In this document: one piece after another, positions 1-11,334 of the stretch
How positions within the stretch are numbered: the stretch's first letter is position 1
Layout of the letters: the number at the start of each line of letters is the position of its first letter
DNA from: Elusimicrobiota bacterium
GTDB taxonomy: Bacteria; Elusimicrobiota; Endomicrobiia; Endomicrobiales; JBDRNC01
DNA: 64,000 nucleotides
Assembly (NCBI GenBank): GCA_043811535.1
Contig: JBDRNC010000037.1
Location: 69,039-133,038, forward strand
Direction of reading: 5' to 3'
Translations under genes and position numbers: made by a program
The notes under the pieces: generated by a model
What the model saw: the letters and a program-made list of their open reading frames with translations, nothing else
What the model was told of the DNA's origin: nothing
Database searches by the model: none

Positions 1-855
1 TTGAACCGGAAGGATTTCGCGGTAAAATGCGGCTCGAAGACGCTGCGTCTCGGCAAGTTCCCCGTAGTTATGGGGATACTTAACGTGACGCCGGATTCAT
101 TTTCGGACGGCGGAAGGTATTTCGGCGTTAAAGACGCGGTGGAACGCGCCCGTTGCATGGTAGAGGAAGGGGCCGGTATCATAGATATCGGCGGCGAGTC
201 GACAAGGCCGGGTTCCGAAAGAATTACACCGGAGGAAGAAATCAGGCGGATTATTCCGGTCATAAAAAGGCTCGCGAAAACGGTTAAAGTACCGATTTCC
301 GTAGATACTTATAAGCCCGATGTCGCGCGCGCGGCGGCGGAAGCCGGCGCGGAGATAATAAACGACATAACGGCTTTAAGGTATAAGAAAGGCAGGATGG
401 CGGATTTTGCCGCAAAGATCAAGCTCCCGGTAATTCTGATGCACATGAGGGGGGCTCCGAAAACGATGCAGAAGAAACCGGAATATAAAGAGGTTGTTCC
501 GGAAATAATAAGTTATTTCACTGACAGGCTCAGGTTTGCCGCTGAAAAAGGCATTAAAAAAGAAAACGTGATAATAGATCCCGGCATAGGTTTCGGCAAA
601 ACTCTGGAGCATAACCTTGAGATATTGAACAGGCTCGATGAATTCAAGATTTTAGGCAGGCCGGTGGCGGCCGGGGTGTCAAGGAAGTCGTTTATCGGAA
701 AACTGACCGGAATAGAAAATGCGGATGAAAGGCTGGCGGGAAGCCTGGCAAGTTCCGTTTGGTGCGCGGCGCGGGGCGCGAAGATACTGCGCGTTCATGA
801 CGTAAAAGAGACGGTTCAGGCGCTGAAAGTCTTAAATGCAGTTATGAGTTCGTAG
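1..855 (+). CDS. folP: Dihydropteroate synthase (start at window edge, uncertain)
   Basis: MGILNVTPDSFSDGG, DIGGESTRPG, DPGIGFGK, SRKSFIG and LRVHDV motifs. Confidence 0.97.
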   Translation: MNRKDFAVKCGSKTLRLGKFPVVMGILNVTPDSFSDGGRYFGVKDAVERARCMVEEGAGIIDIGGESTRPGSERITPEEEIRRIIPVIKRLAKTVKVPISVDTYKPDVARAAAEAGAEIINDITALRYKKGRMADFAAKIKLPVILMHMRGAPKTMQKKPEYKEVVPEIISYFTDRLRFAAEKGIKKENVIIDPGIGFGKTLEHNLEILNRLDEFKILGRPVAAGVSRKSFIGKLTGIENADERLAGSLASSVWCAARGAKILRVHDVKETVQALKVLNAVMSS

Positions 856-906
856 TTCATAGTTCGCAGTAGAAATAATATCATTCTTTTTTCGGCGAGG
901 AATAAT

Positions 907-1740
907 ATGGATTTAATGCATCTTATCTGGAAAAAGTATCTTATGAGTGCCATCGATGTAATTATCGTGGCTTTCATTTTTTACCGCGTCATGCTGCTTA
1001 TCAAAGGTACACGGGCGGTGCAGATAACGCTTGGACTGCTGACACTTGTAATTCTAACGTTTATTTCCAAAAACATCCTGCACTTGAAAATGGTGACCTG
1101 GCTGCTGGAAAGCTTCTGGCTTGTGGCGGCCATCATCCTTGTCGTCGTGTTCCAGCCGGAGATACGTTCCGGGCTCGCGCAGCTCGGGAGCCACAAGTGG
1201 GGAAGGATCCTTTTTTCTTCAGAACTCAGTTTTATCGACGAGATTATCAAGGCCGTCAACGCGTGCAGCCAACAGCATATAGGCGCGCTGATAGTCCTTG
1301 AGCATGAAGTTGGTTTGAGGACATATATCGAGGCCGGAACGATTTTAAACGCGCAGGTAAGTCAGGAACTGATCCTTACGATATTCAACCCGAAGTCGCA
1401 GTTGCACGACGGGGCGATTATTGTAGAGAACACGCGCCTTATCGCGGCAGGATGCATACTGCCGTTGAGTAACGATTTGGACATATCCAAGGTTCTCGGA
1501 ACGCGGCACAGGGCGGCTATAGGGCTCAGCGAGATTTCCGACGCGATAGTGCTTGTGGTATCAGAGGAGACAGGAATGGTATCGATAGCCCGCGATGGAA
1601 AACTTGAAAGCAATGTTGACACCGAAGACCTGAGGAAGAGACTCGTAAACCTGTACCGCACGCGCGGTGAGAATATCCTCCTGAGACGCATCAGCGCCGA
1701 GAGAAACCAGAAGGATGAAAATAATACCGACGGGAAATAA
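907..1740 (+). CDS. cdaA: Membrane diadenylate cyclase CdaA/DacA
   Basis: Three N-terminal hydrophobic helices, FQPEIR, LHDGA and GTRHRAA DAC motifs; upstream of glmM. Confidence 0.95.
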   Translation: MDLMHLIWKKYLMSAIDVIIVAFIFYRVMLLIKGTRAVQITLGLLTLVILTFISKNILHLKMVTWLLESFWLVAAIILVVVFQPEIRSGLAQLGSHKWGRILFSSELSFIDEIIKAVNACSQQHIGALIVLEHEVGLRTYIEAGTILNAQVSQELILTIFNPKSQLHDGAIIVENTRLIAAGCILPLSNDLDISKVLGTRHRAAIGLSEISDAIVLVVSEETGMVSIARDGKLESNVDTEDLRKRLVNLYRTRGENILLRRISAERNQKDENNTDGK

Positions 1741-1742
1741 AA

Positions 1743-1832
1743 ATGTTTAAAAACTGGAAAAGAAACTGGCAGTTAAAACTGATATCACTTCTTCTTGCCC
1801 TAGCCTTGTGGTTTTATCTTTTCGGGAAATGA
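1743..1832 (+). CDS. 29-aa membrane peptide resembling the N-terminal anchor of CdaR/YbbR
   Basis: Manual translation MFKNWKRNWQLKLISLLLALALWFYLFGK*; ATG 2 nt after the cdaA stop; occupies the cdaR position between cdaA and glmM. Confidence 0.7.
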   Translation: MFKNWKRNWQLKLISLLLALALWFYLFGK

Positions 1833-1879
1833 ATCAGCGCGGCTGGCCGGCTTTCGTAATGAGAAAGAGAAAATACTAA

Positions 1880-3229
1880 ATGCGATTATTCGGCACTGAC
1901 GGGATCAGGGGCGTCGCGGGGGAATACCCGCTTGACAAGGAAACAATAAACAGGATCGGCGCTGAATCGATGAAAGTCCTGAAAGATGTTTCCTCGAAAC
2001 GCGCCGTAGTTCTTGGAAGGGACACAAGGGAATCCGGCTCGTGGATATCGGAGATCCTTGACGGCAGCATGTCGTCGCAGGGCGTTAAGATATTTGATGC
2101 CGGCGTGATACCCACACCCGGAGTGGCGTACCTGACGGCAAAACACAAATTTCTTTCGGGAGTCGTCATTTCGGCTTCTCATAATCCTTTCAGGGATAAC
2201 GGCATAAAATTCTTCAGCTCCAAGGGAACAAAACTTTCCGAAAACATTGAAAAGAAGATAGAGACGGGTATATTATCGCCGCACGCAGCGGAGCCGCATC
2301 CGAAAGAAAAGAATATATTAAAAAGCCCGGAGCTTATCAAAGATTACAAAGGGTTCCTGAAAAGCGTGTTCCCGGAAAAGTATTCGCTCAGGGGATTGAA
2401 AATAGTCATTGACTGCGCGAACGGCGCGACATATAAAGTGGCTCCGGAGATATTCGGGGAACTGGGGGCGGAAGTGACCGCGCTTAACGTGCACCCGGAC
2501 GGCAGGAACATCAACTCGGGTTGCGGGGCGACGCACCCCGAAAAAATGGCCGAATCGGTCAAGAAGCACGGCGCGTTCTGCGGAATGTCGTTTGACGGCG
2601 ACGGCGACAGGGTCATATTCGCCGATGAGAACGGCGTTGTGCGGGACGGGGATTATTTTCTTGCGATATGCGCGAAGCATCTCAAGGAAAAGAACGAGCT
2701 TAAGGGCAATCTGCTTGTCACGACTGTTATGGCGAATCTCGGCCTCTACAAGGCCATGGAAAGCCTGGGCGTAAACACTGTAAGGACACCCGTCGGAGAC
2801 AAATATGTTTTTGAAGGGCTTATAAACCACGACGGCGTATTAGGCGGAGAACAGTCGGGGCACATAATATTCAGGAAATATCTTTCAACCGGCGACGGAA
2901 TTTTGAGCGCCCTTCAGATACTCGAAGTCCTGCTTGAAAGGAACAAGACGCTTTCCGAGCTTTGCGGAATAATGAGAAAATACCCGCAGGTGCTCCAAAA
3001 CACACACGTCGCGAAAAAGGTGCCGATTGAGGACCTCTTGAAGACATCGGAACTTATAAAAGAATGCGAGAGAAAACTTGGGAACGACGGAAGGGCGCTG
3101 GTAAGATATTCGGGCACCGAGAATCTTCTGAGAGTCATGATAGAAGGCCCGGATAAAAACGTAATTGATAAGATGGCCGATGAAATATCGGATACAGCCA
3201 AAGAGGAAATTGAAAGATTGAAAAATTAA
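1880..3229 (+). CDS. glmM: Phosphoglucosamine mutase
   Basis: LFGTDGIRG, ISASHNP, FDGDGDR, GGEQSGH, VRYSGTE. Confidence 0.97.
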   Translation: MRLFGTDGIRGVAGEYPLDKETINRIGAESMKVLKDVSSKRAVVLGRDTRESGSWISEILDGSMSSQGVKIFDAGVIPTPGVAYLTAKHKFLSGVVISASHNPFRDNGIKFFSSKGTKLSENIEKKIETGILSPHAAEPHPKEKNILKSPELIKDYKGFLKSVFPEKYSLRGLKIVIDCANGATYKVAPEIFGELGAEVTALNVHPDGRNINSGCGATHPEKMAESVKKHGAFCGMSFDGDGDRVIFADENGVVRDGDYFLAICAKHLKEKNELKGNLLVTTVMANLGLYKAMESLGVNTVRTPVGDKYVFEGLINHDGVLGGEQSGHIIFRKYLSTGDGILSALQILEVLLERNKTLSELCGIMRKYPQVLQNTHVAKKVPIEDLLKTSELIKECERKLGNDGRALVRYSGTENLLRVMIEGPDKNVIDKMADEISDTAKEEIERLKN

Positions 3230-3298
3230 AAAGATTGAATGATTGAGGCTGGTGTAATCTTGAAATCTTTAAATCTTTCGAATCTTTAAATCGTATTT

Positions 3299-4030
3299 AT
3301 GGTTAAACTCGGTATTAACATTGATCACATAGCTACTCTTCGTCAGGCGCGGCTTGCAAAGGAGCCCGACCCCGTGATGGCGGCAGGCATCTGCGAAATG
3401 GCCGGCGCCGACGGTATAACGGTGCACCTGCGCGAAGACAGGCGGCACATACAGGACAGGGACGTGCAGGTCTTGAGAAAAACCATCAAGACGCGGCTGA
3501 ATTTGGAGATGGCCGCGGTTGAAGAAATGGCAAAGATCGCGGCAGGCATAAAGCCCGACAGCGTCTGCCTTGTGCCCGAAAAAAGACAGGAACTCACTAC
3601 CGAGGGCGGGTTGGACGTCGCGGCTAAAAAGAAGGAAGTCGCCCCCGTGGTCAAGAAGCTTAAAGCGGCAGGCATAATCGTCAGTATATTTGTGGATCCC
3701 GAAAGAAAACAGATAGAGGCCGCGGCGGACATAGGCGCGGACTGCGTTGAGCTGCATACCGGAAGCTACGCCGAAGCGTTCGCTAAAAGCGACCAGCTGA
3801 CCGGCAATGCACTGCGCGAGCTGAAACGGCTGGAATCGGCCGGGGCGCTGGCCCGGGAGCTTGAACTGACGCTGAACGCCGGGCACGGGCTGGATTACAG
3901 GAACGTCGCTCCGGTGGCGCAGATAACAGGGATGCACGAACTGAACATAGGTTTCTCAATAATCGCCCGCGCCGTGTTTGTCGGGCTTGAACAGGCAGTG
4001 AAGGAAATGAAATCTTTGATTACAGATTAG
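3299..4030 (+). CDS. pdxJ: Pyridoxine 5'-phosphate synthase
   Basis: [37 protein letters not shown]. Confidence 0.97.
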   Translation: MVKLGINIDHIATLRQARLAKEPDPVMAAGICEMAGADGITVHLREDRRHIQDRDVQVLRKTIKTRLNLEMAAVEEMAKIAAGIKPDSVCLVPEKRQELTTEGGLDVAAKKKEVAPVVKKLKAAGIIVSIFVDPERKQIEAAADIGADCVELHTGSYAEAFAKSDQLTGNALRELKRLESAGALARELELTLNAGHGLDYRNVAPVAQITGMHELNIGFSIIARAVFVGLEQAVKEMKSLITD

Positions 4031-4105
4031 CAGATTACAAATTGAAGACAAGCAGTAAATTTGTAATATGTAATTTGTAATATGTAATTTTCGCCGGAGG
4101 CGAAA

Positions 4106-5935
<1,830 letters not shown>

Positions 5936-6012
5936 GACAGGGTCCAGTCGCCAGGGTCCAGGGGCCAGTAAAAGCAATGACTTGACTTTATTAAATACTT
6001 GACCCTACAATA

Positions 6013-6354
6013 ATGAAAATCGGAATTGATATTATCGACGTAAAGAGAATAAGCAAGCTTATTAAGAACGGCAAGTTCCTGAAAAAGGTTTACACGCCCG
6101 AGGAAGTCAGATACTGCCGGTCCAAAAAGAAGAAAGCGCAGCATTTCGCGGTGCGGTTTGCCACTAAGGAAGCGGTTTGGAAAGCGCTGGGCAGGAATGA
6201 CATCTGGCACAGGGATATCGGCGTAAAGAACATGCCGGATGGAAAACCGGTCGTTCTTATCAAGGGAAAACCCAGGAAAGATATCGCGATATCGTTGTCG
6301 CACACCGACGATTACGCGACGGCAGTCGCAATTAAGACAAATACTAAATTCTAA
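6013..6354 (+). CDS. acpS: Holo-ACP synthase
   Basis: IGIDII, RFATKEAVWKALG, ISLSHT. Confidence 0.95.
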   Translation: MKIGIDIIDVKRISKLIKNGKFLKKVYTPEEVRYCRSKKKKAQHFAVRFATKEAVWKALGRNDIWHRDIGVKNMPDGKPVVLIKGKPRKDIAISLSHTDDYATAVAIKTNTKF

Positions 6355-6489
6355 ATAATAAACACTAAATAAATATAAAAGCATAAATACAAATTTCAAA
6401 TATACATGCAGTGTTTGAGTTTAATAAATTGTATTATGAACTTATTTAGAGTTTAGTATTTGGTGTTTAGAGTTTCACAGAGAGGATCC

Positions 6490-7386
6490 GTGAAAACTAT
6501 TAGACTTACCGGTAAATATGTCCATTCCTTGATGAAACCGAGGAATAAAGATTCACATAAGGGTGATTACGGGCATGTATTGATAATCGCGGGGTCGCGG
6601 GGTATGCCCGGAGCGCCCGTGCTGTGCGCGGGCGGGGCGCTGCGTTGCGGTGCAGGGCTTGTTACCGTCGCGGTGCCTGAAGGGCAGTATGAGATTATCG
6701 CGAAAAGAATCAGGCCGGAGGGAATGCTTCTTCCTTTGCCGGAAACATCAGAAGGCAGGATAAGTGTTTCCGCTTTGTTGAAGATAAACGAATTCATTGA
6801 AAAACGAAAAATCTCCGCTATAGTCATAGGCCCGGGGATGGGCGCGGGGCTCGACACAAAAAAACTTATCTTGAAATTAATATCCTCTTTCAGTATCCCG
6901 GTAGTCATTGACGCGGACGGGTTGAATTCGCTGTCGGGGGTGGCGGGTTTTCTGAAAAGCACGAAGGCGCAGATAATACTTACGCCGCATCCCGGTGAAT
7001 TTGGCAGGTTGACGGGAATAACCGCGAGCGAGATACGGCACAACAGGGCCGGAAAGGCGAAAGAATTCGCTTACGGACATGGCCTGGTATGCGTGCTCAA
7101 GGGCGATGGGACCGTGGTTACCGATGGAAAAAAGGTATATATGAACGCTACGGGAAATCCGGGCATGGCCTCGGGCGGTTCCGGCGACGTGCTTGCCGGG
7201 ATGATAGGCGCTCTGGCAAGCCAGGTAAAAGAGCCGCGCGTTCTGAACGCGGCGGCCGCCGGGGTGTATATCCACGGCCTTGCCGGGGACATGGCGGCGC
7301 GGAACAAAACCATGACGGGGATGCTCGCCGGAGATATTTCGGAGCAAATACCGAAAGCATTAAAAAGAGTAAGCAGTAAGCTGTGA
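6490..7386 (+). CDS. nnrD: ADP-dependent NAD(P)H-hydrate dehydratase (stand-alone YjeF C-terminal domain)
   Basis: SHKGDYG, IGPGMG, VIDADGL, LTPHPGE, GGSGDVLAG; GTG start at 6490 after AGAGGA. Confidence 0.92.
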   Translation: MKTIRLTGKYVHSLMKPRNKDSHKGDYGHVLIIAGSRGMPGAPVLCAGGALRCGAGLVTVAVPEGQYEIIAKRIRPEGMLLPLPETSEGRISVSALLKINEFIEKRKISAIVIGPGMGAGLDTKKLILKLISSFSIPVVIDADGLNSLSGVAGFLKSTKAQIILTPHPGEFGRLTGITASEIRHNRAGKAKEFAYGHGLVCVLKGDGTVVTDGKKVYMNATGNPGMASGGSGDVLAGMIGALASQVKEPRVLNAAAAGVYIHGLAGDMAARNKTMTGMLAGDISEQIPKALKRVSSKL

Positions 7387-7399
7387 GCAGGAAGCAAAA

Positions 7400-8530
7400 A
7401 TGAAAAGCTTAAAAGAAAAACTGATAACCATAAGAAGGACTATACACCGGTATCCGGAATTAGGGTACCAGGAATACCGGACTTCGGCATTTATTGAAAA
7501 AATACTTAGAAGTACGGGAATAAAAACAAAACGCGTGACAAAGACGGGTATTGTCGGCATACTGGAAGGCGCGCGAAGCGGAAAATGCGTCGCGCTCCGG
7601 GGCGATATCGACGCGCTGCCGGTGAATGAGATGACAGGCAGGTCGTTCGCTTCGCAAAGGCGCGGCGTGATGCACGCCTGCGGCCACGACGCAAACACGG
7701 CTATGGTGCTCGGCGCGGCGATGCTGCTTTCCAGGAAAAAAAACAGAATGCGCGGGGCCGTAAAATTCATTTTTCAGCCGAATGAAGAATCTTCGGGAGG
7801 GGCCTCACGGATGATCAAAGCCGGAGCGCTGAAAAATCCGAAAGCGGACGCGATACTCGGCATACACGTTTACCCGTGGCTCAAAACAGGGACGGTGGGC
7901 CTGAAATACGGGTATATGATGGCGGCGGTAGACAAGTTCACAATAGAAATACTTGGAGAGGGCGGTCATGGGGCTTATCCCCATAAGGGCAAAGACGCTG
8001 TTGTGATTGCTTCTCATGTCATACAGGCCCTTCAGTCGCTGGTATCAAGGGAAGTCAATCCGGTTGACCCTTTCGTCTTAACGATAGGAATGATAGAGGG
8101 CGGTGAAAAATTCAACATATTGCCCGGCGCGATAAAAATGACCGGCACGGTGAGAACGCTTGACGCGAGACTTCATAAAGCCGTCCCGCGCATGATAGAA
8201 GAGAAAGTTGCCGCGATAACCAGGGCTTTCGGGGCGGGATACAGGTTTGACTTTAAGGTTCTGGGAGGGCCGTTGAAGAATTCCAGGGAGTTCGTGGACC
8301 TGTGCGGACGGGCTGCGGACACTCTTAAAATGAATAAGGTCATAATGGAAAATCCGTCAATGGGCGGGGAGGATTTTTCGGAATACCTGAAAACTGTGCC
8401 GGGTTGCTTTATCTATGTCGGCAGCGGAAGAGCCGTTCCCTGGCACCATGAAAAATTCGACATCGACGAGAATGTCCTGCCCAAAGGCGCCGCGCTGCTC
8501 GCAGAAGCCGCGGGAATGTTCCTGGGGTAG
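7400..8530 (+). CDS. M20 family amidohydrolase
   Basis: HRYPEL, RGDIDALP, MHACGHD, FQPNEE, MGGEDF. Confidence 0.92.
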   Translation: MKSLKEKLITIRRTIHRYPELGYQEYRTSAFIEKILRSTGIKTKRVTKTGIVGILEGARSGKCVALRGDIDALPVNEMTGRSFASQRRGVMHACGHDANTAMVLGAAMLLSRKKNRMRGAVKFIFQPNEESSGGASRMIKAGALKNPKADAILGIHVYPWLKTGTVGLKYGYMMAAVDKFTIEILGEGGHGAYPHKGKDAVVIASHVIQALQSLVSREVNPVDPFVLTIGMIEGGEKFNILPGAIKMTGTVRTLDARLHKAVPRMIEEKVAAITRAFGAGYRFDFKVLGGPLKNSREFVDLCGRAADTLKMNKVIMENPSMGGEDFSEYLKTVPGCFIYVGSGRAVPWHHEKFDIDENVLPKGAALLAEAAGMFLG

Positions 8531-8740
8531 CACCCCCACCTCTTGGTGGATGAAGGAATTGCGTTAAAAAAGAGTCGTTAATCTGAAATCTGAAATTTGT
8601 AATTTGAAATTGTTGTAAACACCCCCACCTCGTTCCTCCCCCATCAATGGGGAGGATGAATGTTGGGCCGTTAGACTTGTTTTCTGTTTTGTCATTTGAG
8701 CTTTGTCATTTGAATTTATTATTAAAGGGAGGTGTTTTAA

Positions 8741-8947
8741 ATGCTTGCTGTGATAACGGGAGTTGCATTTCTTGTGTTGGGGCTCTGGGGCATTATAGGA
8801 TGGTGGCCGGATTTCATCTCTTTCCTCAAAGGTTCAGTTCCGGCGATGATTTTTGTGGGCGGTTTTCTTGCGGTGATCGCGGGAATCACAAGCATCAAGG
8901 ATTCTTTTGAATCAAAGGCTGAATTGACGGAAGAAGAGAAGAAATAA
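8741..8947 (+). CDS. Small two-TM membrane protein of unknown function
   Basis: GGAGG ribosome-binding site upstream, two hydrophobic segments, charged tail. Confidence 0.75.
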   Translation: MLAVITGVAFLVLGLWGIIGWWPDFISFLKGSVPAMIFVGGFLAVIAGITSIKDSFESKAELTEEEKK

Positions 8948-9083
8948 GAGAAGCAGCAGAATTTGAGCAAGCCGAATCCCGGTGCGCCGCCAGACTGTCA
9001 TACCCGGCGAAGCATCGGGATTTCATACTCTCTGGGAAGTCGCGTATTTAAACACGTCGCGGCGGGTGTTTGAAGGAGCTCCA

Positions 9084-10079
9084 CTGAAAAACCTGAAACA
9101 ATTAGGCGAATTCAATTTGGTTGAACTTATTAAACGCCGGATAACGGGCGGAAAAAAGCCGCAACTGCCGGTTATTACGGGTCCGGGGGACGATACTTTT
9201 ATCGCGGAAACCGGCGGCCGCATTATTGCCGGAACATGCGATGTACTCGTAGAAAACGTCCACTTTTCGAGAAAATGGGCTACGCCGGAACAGATCGGGT
9301 ATAAATGCATTATGGTAAACCTGAGCGACCTTGCGGCGATGGGCTGGTGCGAGCCGAAATACGCGCTTATAGGGCTTGCGCTGACGAAAAACACGCCGGT
9401 CAGGTTTGTTGAAGGGCTTTACCGCGGAATGCAGAAAGCCTCAAAAAAGTACGGTCTTATAATTGGCGGCGGCGATACCGTTTCTTCAGAGCATGACATA
9501 ATGATATCGGTGAGTCTGATAGGGGAAATGCGGGTGAGACGCCCTATAACCCGTTCGGGCGCCAGGCCGGGGGACTTTATCGTCGTGTCAGGGACATTCG
9601 GCGATTCCGCAGTCGGCTTGAAAATACTAAAAGATAACCTGAAAAAGAATACCCGCGCCGCGAAATATCTTTTGAAAAAGCATTTTTTGCCCGAACCGAA
9701 GCTGGAACTTGGAAAAATACTCGCGCGAACCGGGGTGGTTACAAGCATGATAGATTCTTCCGACGGCCTTGCGGCCTCTATAAGATTCATAACACAGGCA
9801 AGCCGCGCCGGCGCGGTTGTGAATGTTGACAATATACCCGTGTCAATGGCGGCGCGCGAGATTGAAAAGGACGGGCTCGCGCTTGTTCATGCGGTCCTGC
9901 ACGGCGGAGAAGAATATGAACTTGTTTTTACCGTAAAGCCGCGTCAGGCCGGAAAGTTGGTAAAAAGGATACCCGGATTGAAGATTATAGGCAGGATAAC
10001 AAAAAATAAAAGCGTTAAATACTATCTGAACGGCAGGAAGATAGACGTCAAAAAGGCCGGATATGAACATTTTAAATAG
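9084..10079 (+). CDS. thiL: Thiamine-phosphate kinase (probable CTG start at 9084; ORF track start 8982)
   Basis: LGEF, GPGDD, ENVHF, NLSDLAAMG, GGD, DSSDGL, GGEEYEL; GAAGGAG 5 nt before the in-frame CTG. Confidence 0.93.
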   Translation: MKNLKQLGEFNLVELIKRRITGGKKPQLPVITGPGDDTFIAETGGRIIAGTCDVLVENVHFSRKWATPEQIGYKCIMVNLSDLAAMGWCEPKYALIGLALTKNTPVRFVEGLYRGMQKASKKYGLIIGGGDTVSSEHDIMISVSLIGEMRVRRPITRSGARPGDFIVVSGTFGDSAVGLKILKDNLKKNTRAAKYLLKKHFLPEPKLELGKILARTGVVTSMIDSSDGLAASIRFITQASRAGAVVNVDNIPVSMAAREIEKDGLALVHAVLHGGEEYELVFTVKPRQAGKLVKRIPGLKIIGRITKNKSVKYYLNGRKIDVKKAGYEHFK

Positions 10080-10512
10080 GCGCTATGTCACAAATTCAGC
10101 AGGGGAAACAAAGGAGCTCGGCGCCAGGATATCAAAACTGATGAAGCCGGGAAGCCTTGTTTTTCTTTCCGGCGGGCTCGGCAGCGGAAAGACGACGTTT
10201 ACGCAGGGTTTCGCGAAAGGGCTCGGGATAAGGCAGTTTGTACGCAGCCCCAGTTTTGTCATTGCCAGCGAGTACGCTTCGCGGAAGGCGAAGATGTATC
10301 ACATCGACCTTTACCGTCTTTCTCCGGATGACATAAACCGTTTCGGACTGGAAGAATACCTTTACGGAAATGATATCTGCGTAGTGGAGTGGGCCGAGAA
10401 ATTCAAAGGGAGCGTCAGTCCCGATATAGAAATTAAATTCCAATGGGCCGGAGAGAATAAGAGAAGGATAGCGGTTAAAGACAGAAGGAAGAAGCCCGCC
10501 ACTAAGATGTAG
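10063..10512 (+). CDS. tsaE: tRNA threonylcarbamoyladenosine biosynthesis ATPase
   Basis: GLGSGKTTF, SPSF, HIDLYRL, VEWA. Confidence 0.95.
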   Translation: MNILNRRYVTNSAGETKELGARISKLMKPGSLVFLSGGLGSGKTTFTQGFAKGLGIRQFVRSPSFVIASEYASRKAKMYHIDLYRLSPDDINRFGLEEYLYGNDICVVEWAEKFKGSVSPDIEIKFQWAGENKRRIAVKDRRKKPATKM

Positions 10513-10568
10513 GCGGGCCCGCCAAAGCAGTAGTGGCGGGGAAGATGGAAGATGGAACGGCAACGGAC

Positions 10569-11222
10569 ATGAAAATACTGGCGATTGAGACATCGGGAGC
10601 CGCGTTCAGCGTGGCCGCGGCGGAAAACGGCAGGCTGGTGAAAGAGATATTCTGGCATGCCGGGCTTAAACATTCGGAGAAACTGATTCCCGCGGTTAAC
10701 AGGCTTTTGAAAGCGGTGAAGTGGAGAATAAAAGATATCAAAAAGATAGCTGTCTCTACGGGTCCCGGGAGTTTTACGGGAATAAGAGTAGGGCTTTCAT
10801 GCGCCAGGGCCATCGCCCAAGACCTTGAAATACCGCTTGTCGGGATAGATACTCTCAAGATTCTGGAAGCCGGCGCGCAAAGAGGCGGCGTCAGGATATT
10901 CCCCGCGATTGATGCGCTGCGTTCCGAGGTATTCGCTAAAAATCCCGGTACAGGCGTTCCTGAAATCGCCGGGATAAACGATTTCATTTCCGGCTTAAAA
11001 AGAGAGAAAACTGATGTATGCGTCGTCGGCAGCGCCGCTTTGACATATTTCTCAGAGTTTAGTAAAAGATTAGGGAACAAAGTAATATTCGGCTCGGAAG
11101 AGATGAATTGTCCGAGGGCGGGAGTCCTGTCCCTTATGGCCGGAAAACTCAAAGGCGCAAAATACGACAAAGCAAAGCCGCTCTACATAAGGCGCTCCTG
11201 GGCGGAGGAAAAACGCCGATAA
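10569..11222 (+). CDS. tsaB: tRNA threonylcarbamoyladenosine biosynthesis protein TsaB
   Basis: MKILAIETS, GPGSFTGIRVG, PLYIR. Confidence 0.95.
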   Translation: MKILAIETSGAAFSVAAAENGRLVKEIFWHAGLKHSEKLIPAVNRLLKAVKWRIKDIKKIAVSTGPGSFTGIRVGLSCARAIAQDLEIPLVGIDTLKILEAGAQRGGVRIFPAIDALRSEVFAKNPGTGVPEIAGINDFISGLKREKTDVCVVGSAALTYFSEFSKRLGNKVIFGSEEMNCPRAGVLSLMAGKLKGAKYDKAKPLYIRRSWAEEKRR

Positions 11223-11334
11223 ATCGGCGATTACAAATTACAAATTACAGATTTCAGATTACAGATTAACGCCTAAAAGTCTTTAATTTGAAATTTGCAA
11301 TATGAAATATGAAATCAATACCGGAGGTATTATC

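Noticed and set aside
4031..4105. glmS ribozyme upstream of glmS
   Set aside because: The gap is only 75 nt, is filled with heptamer repeats and shows no ribozyme core.
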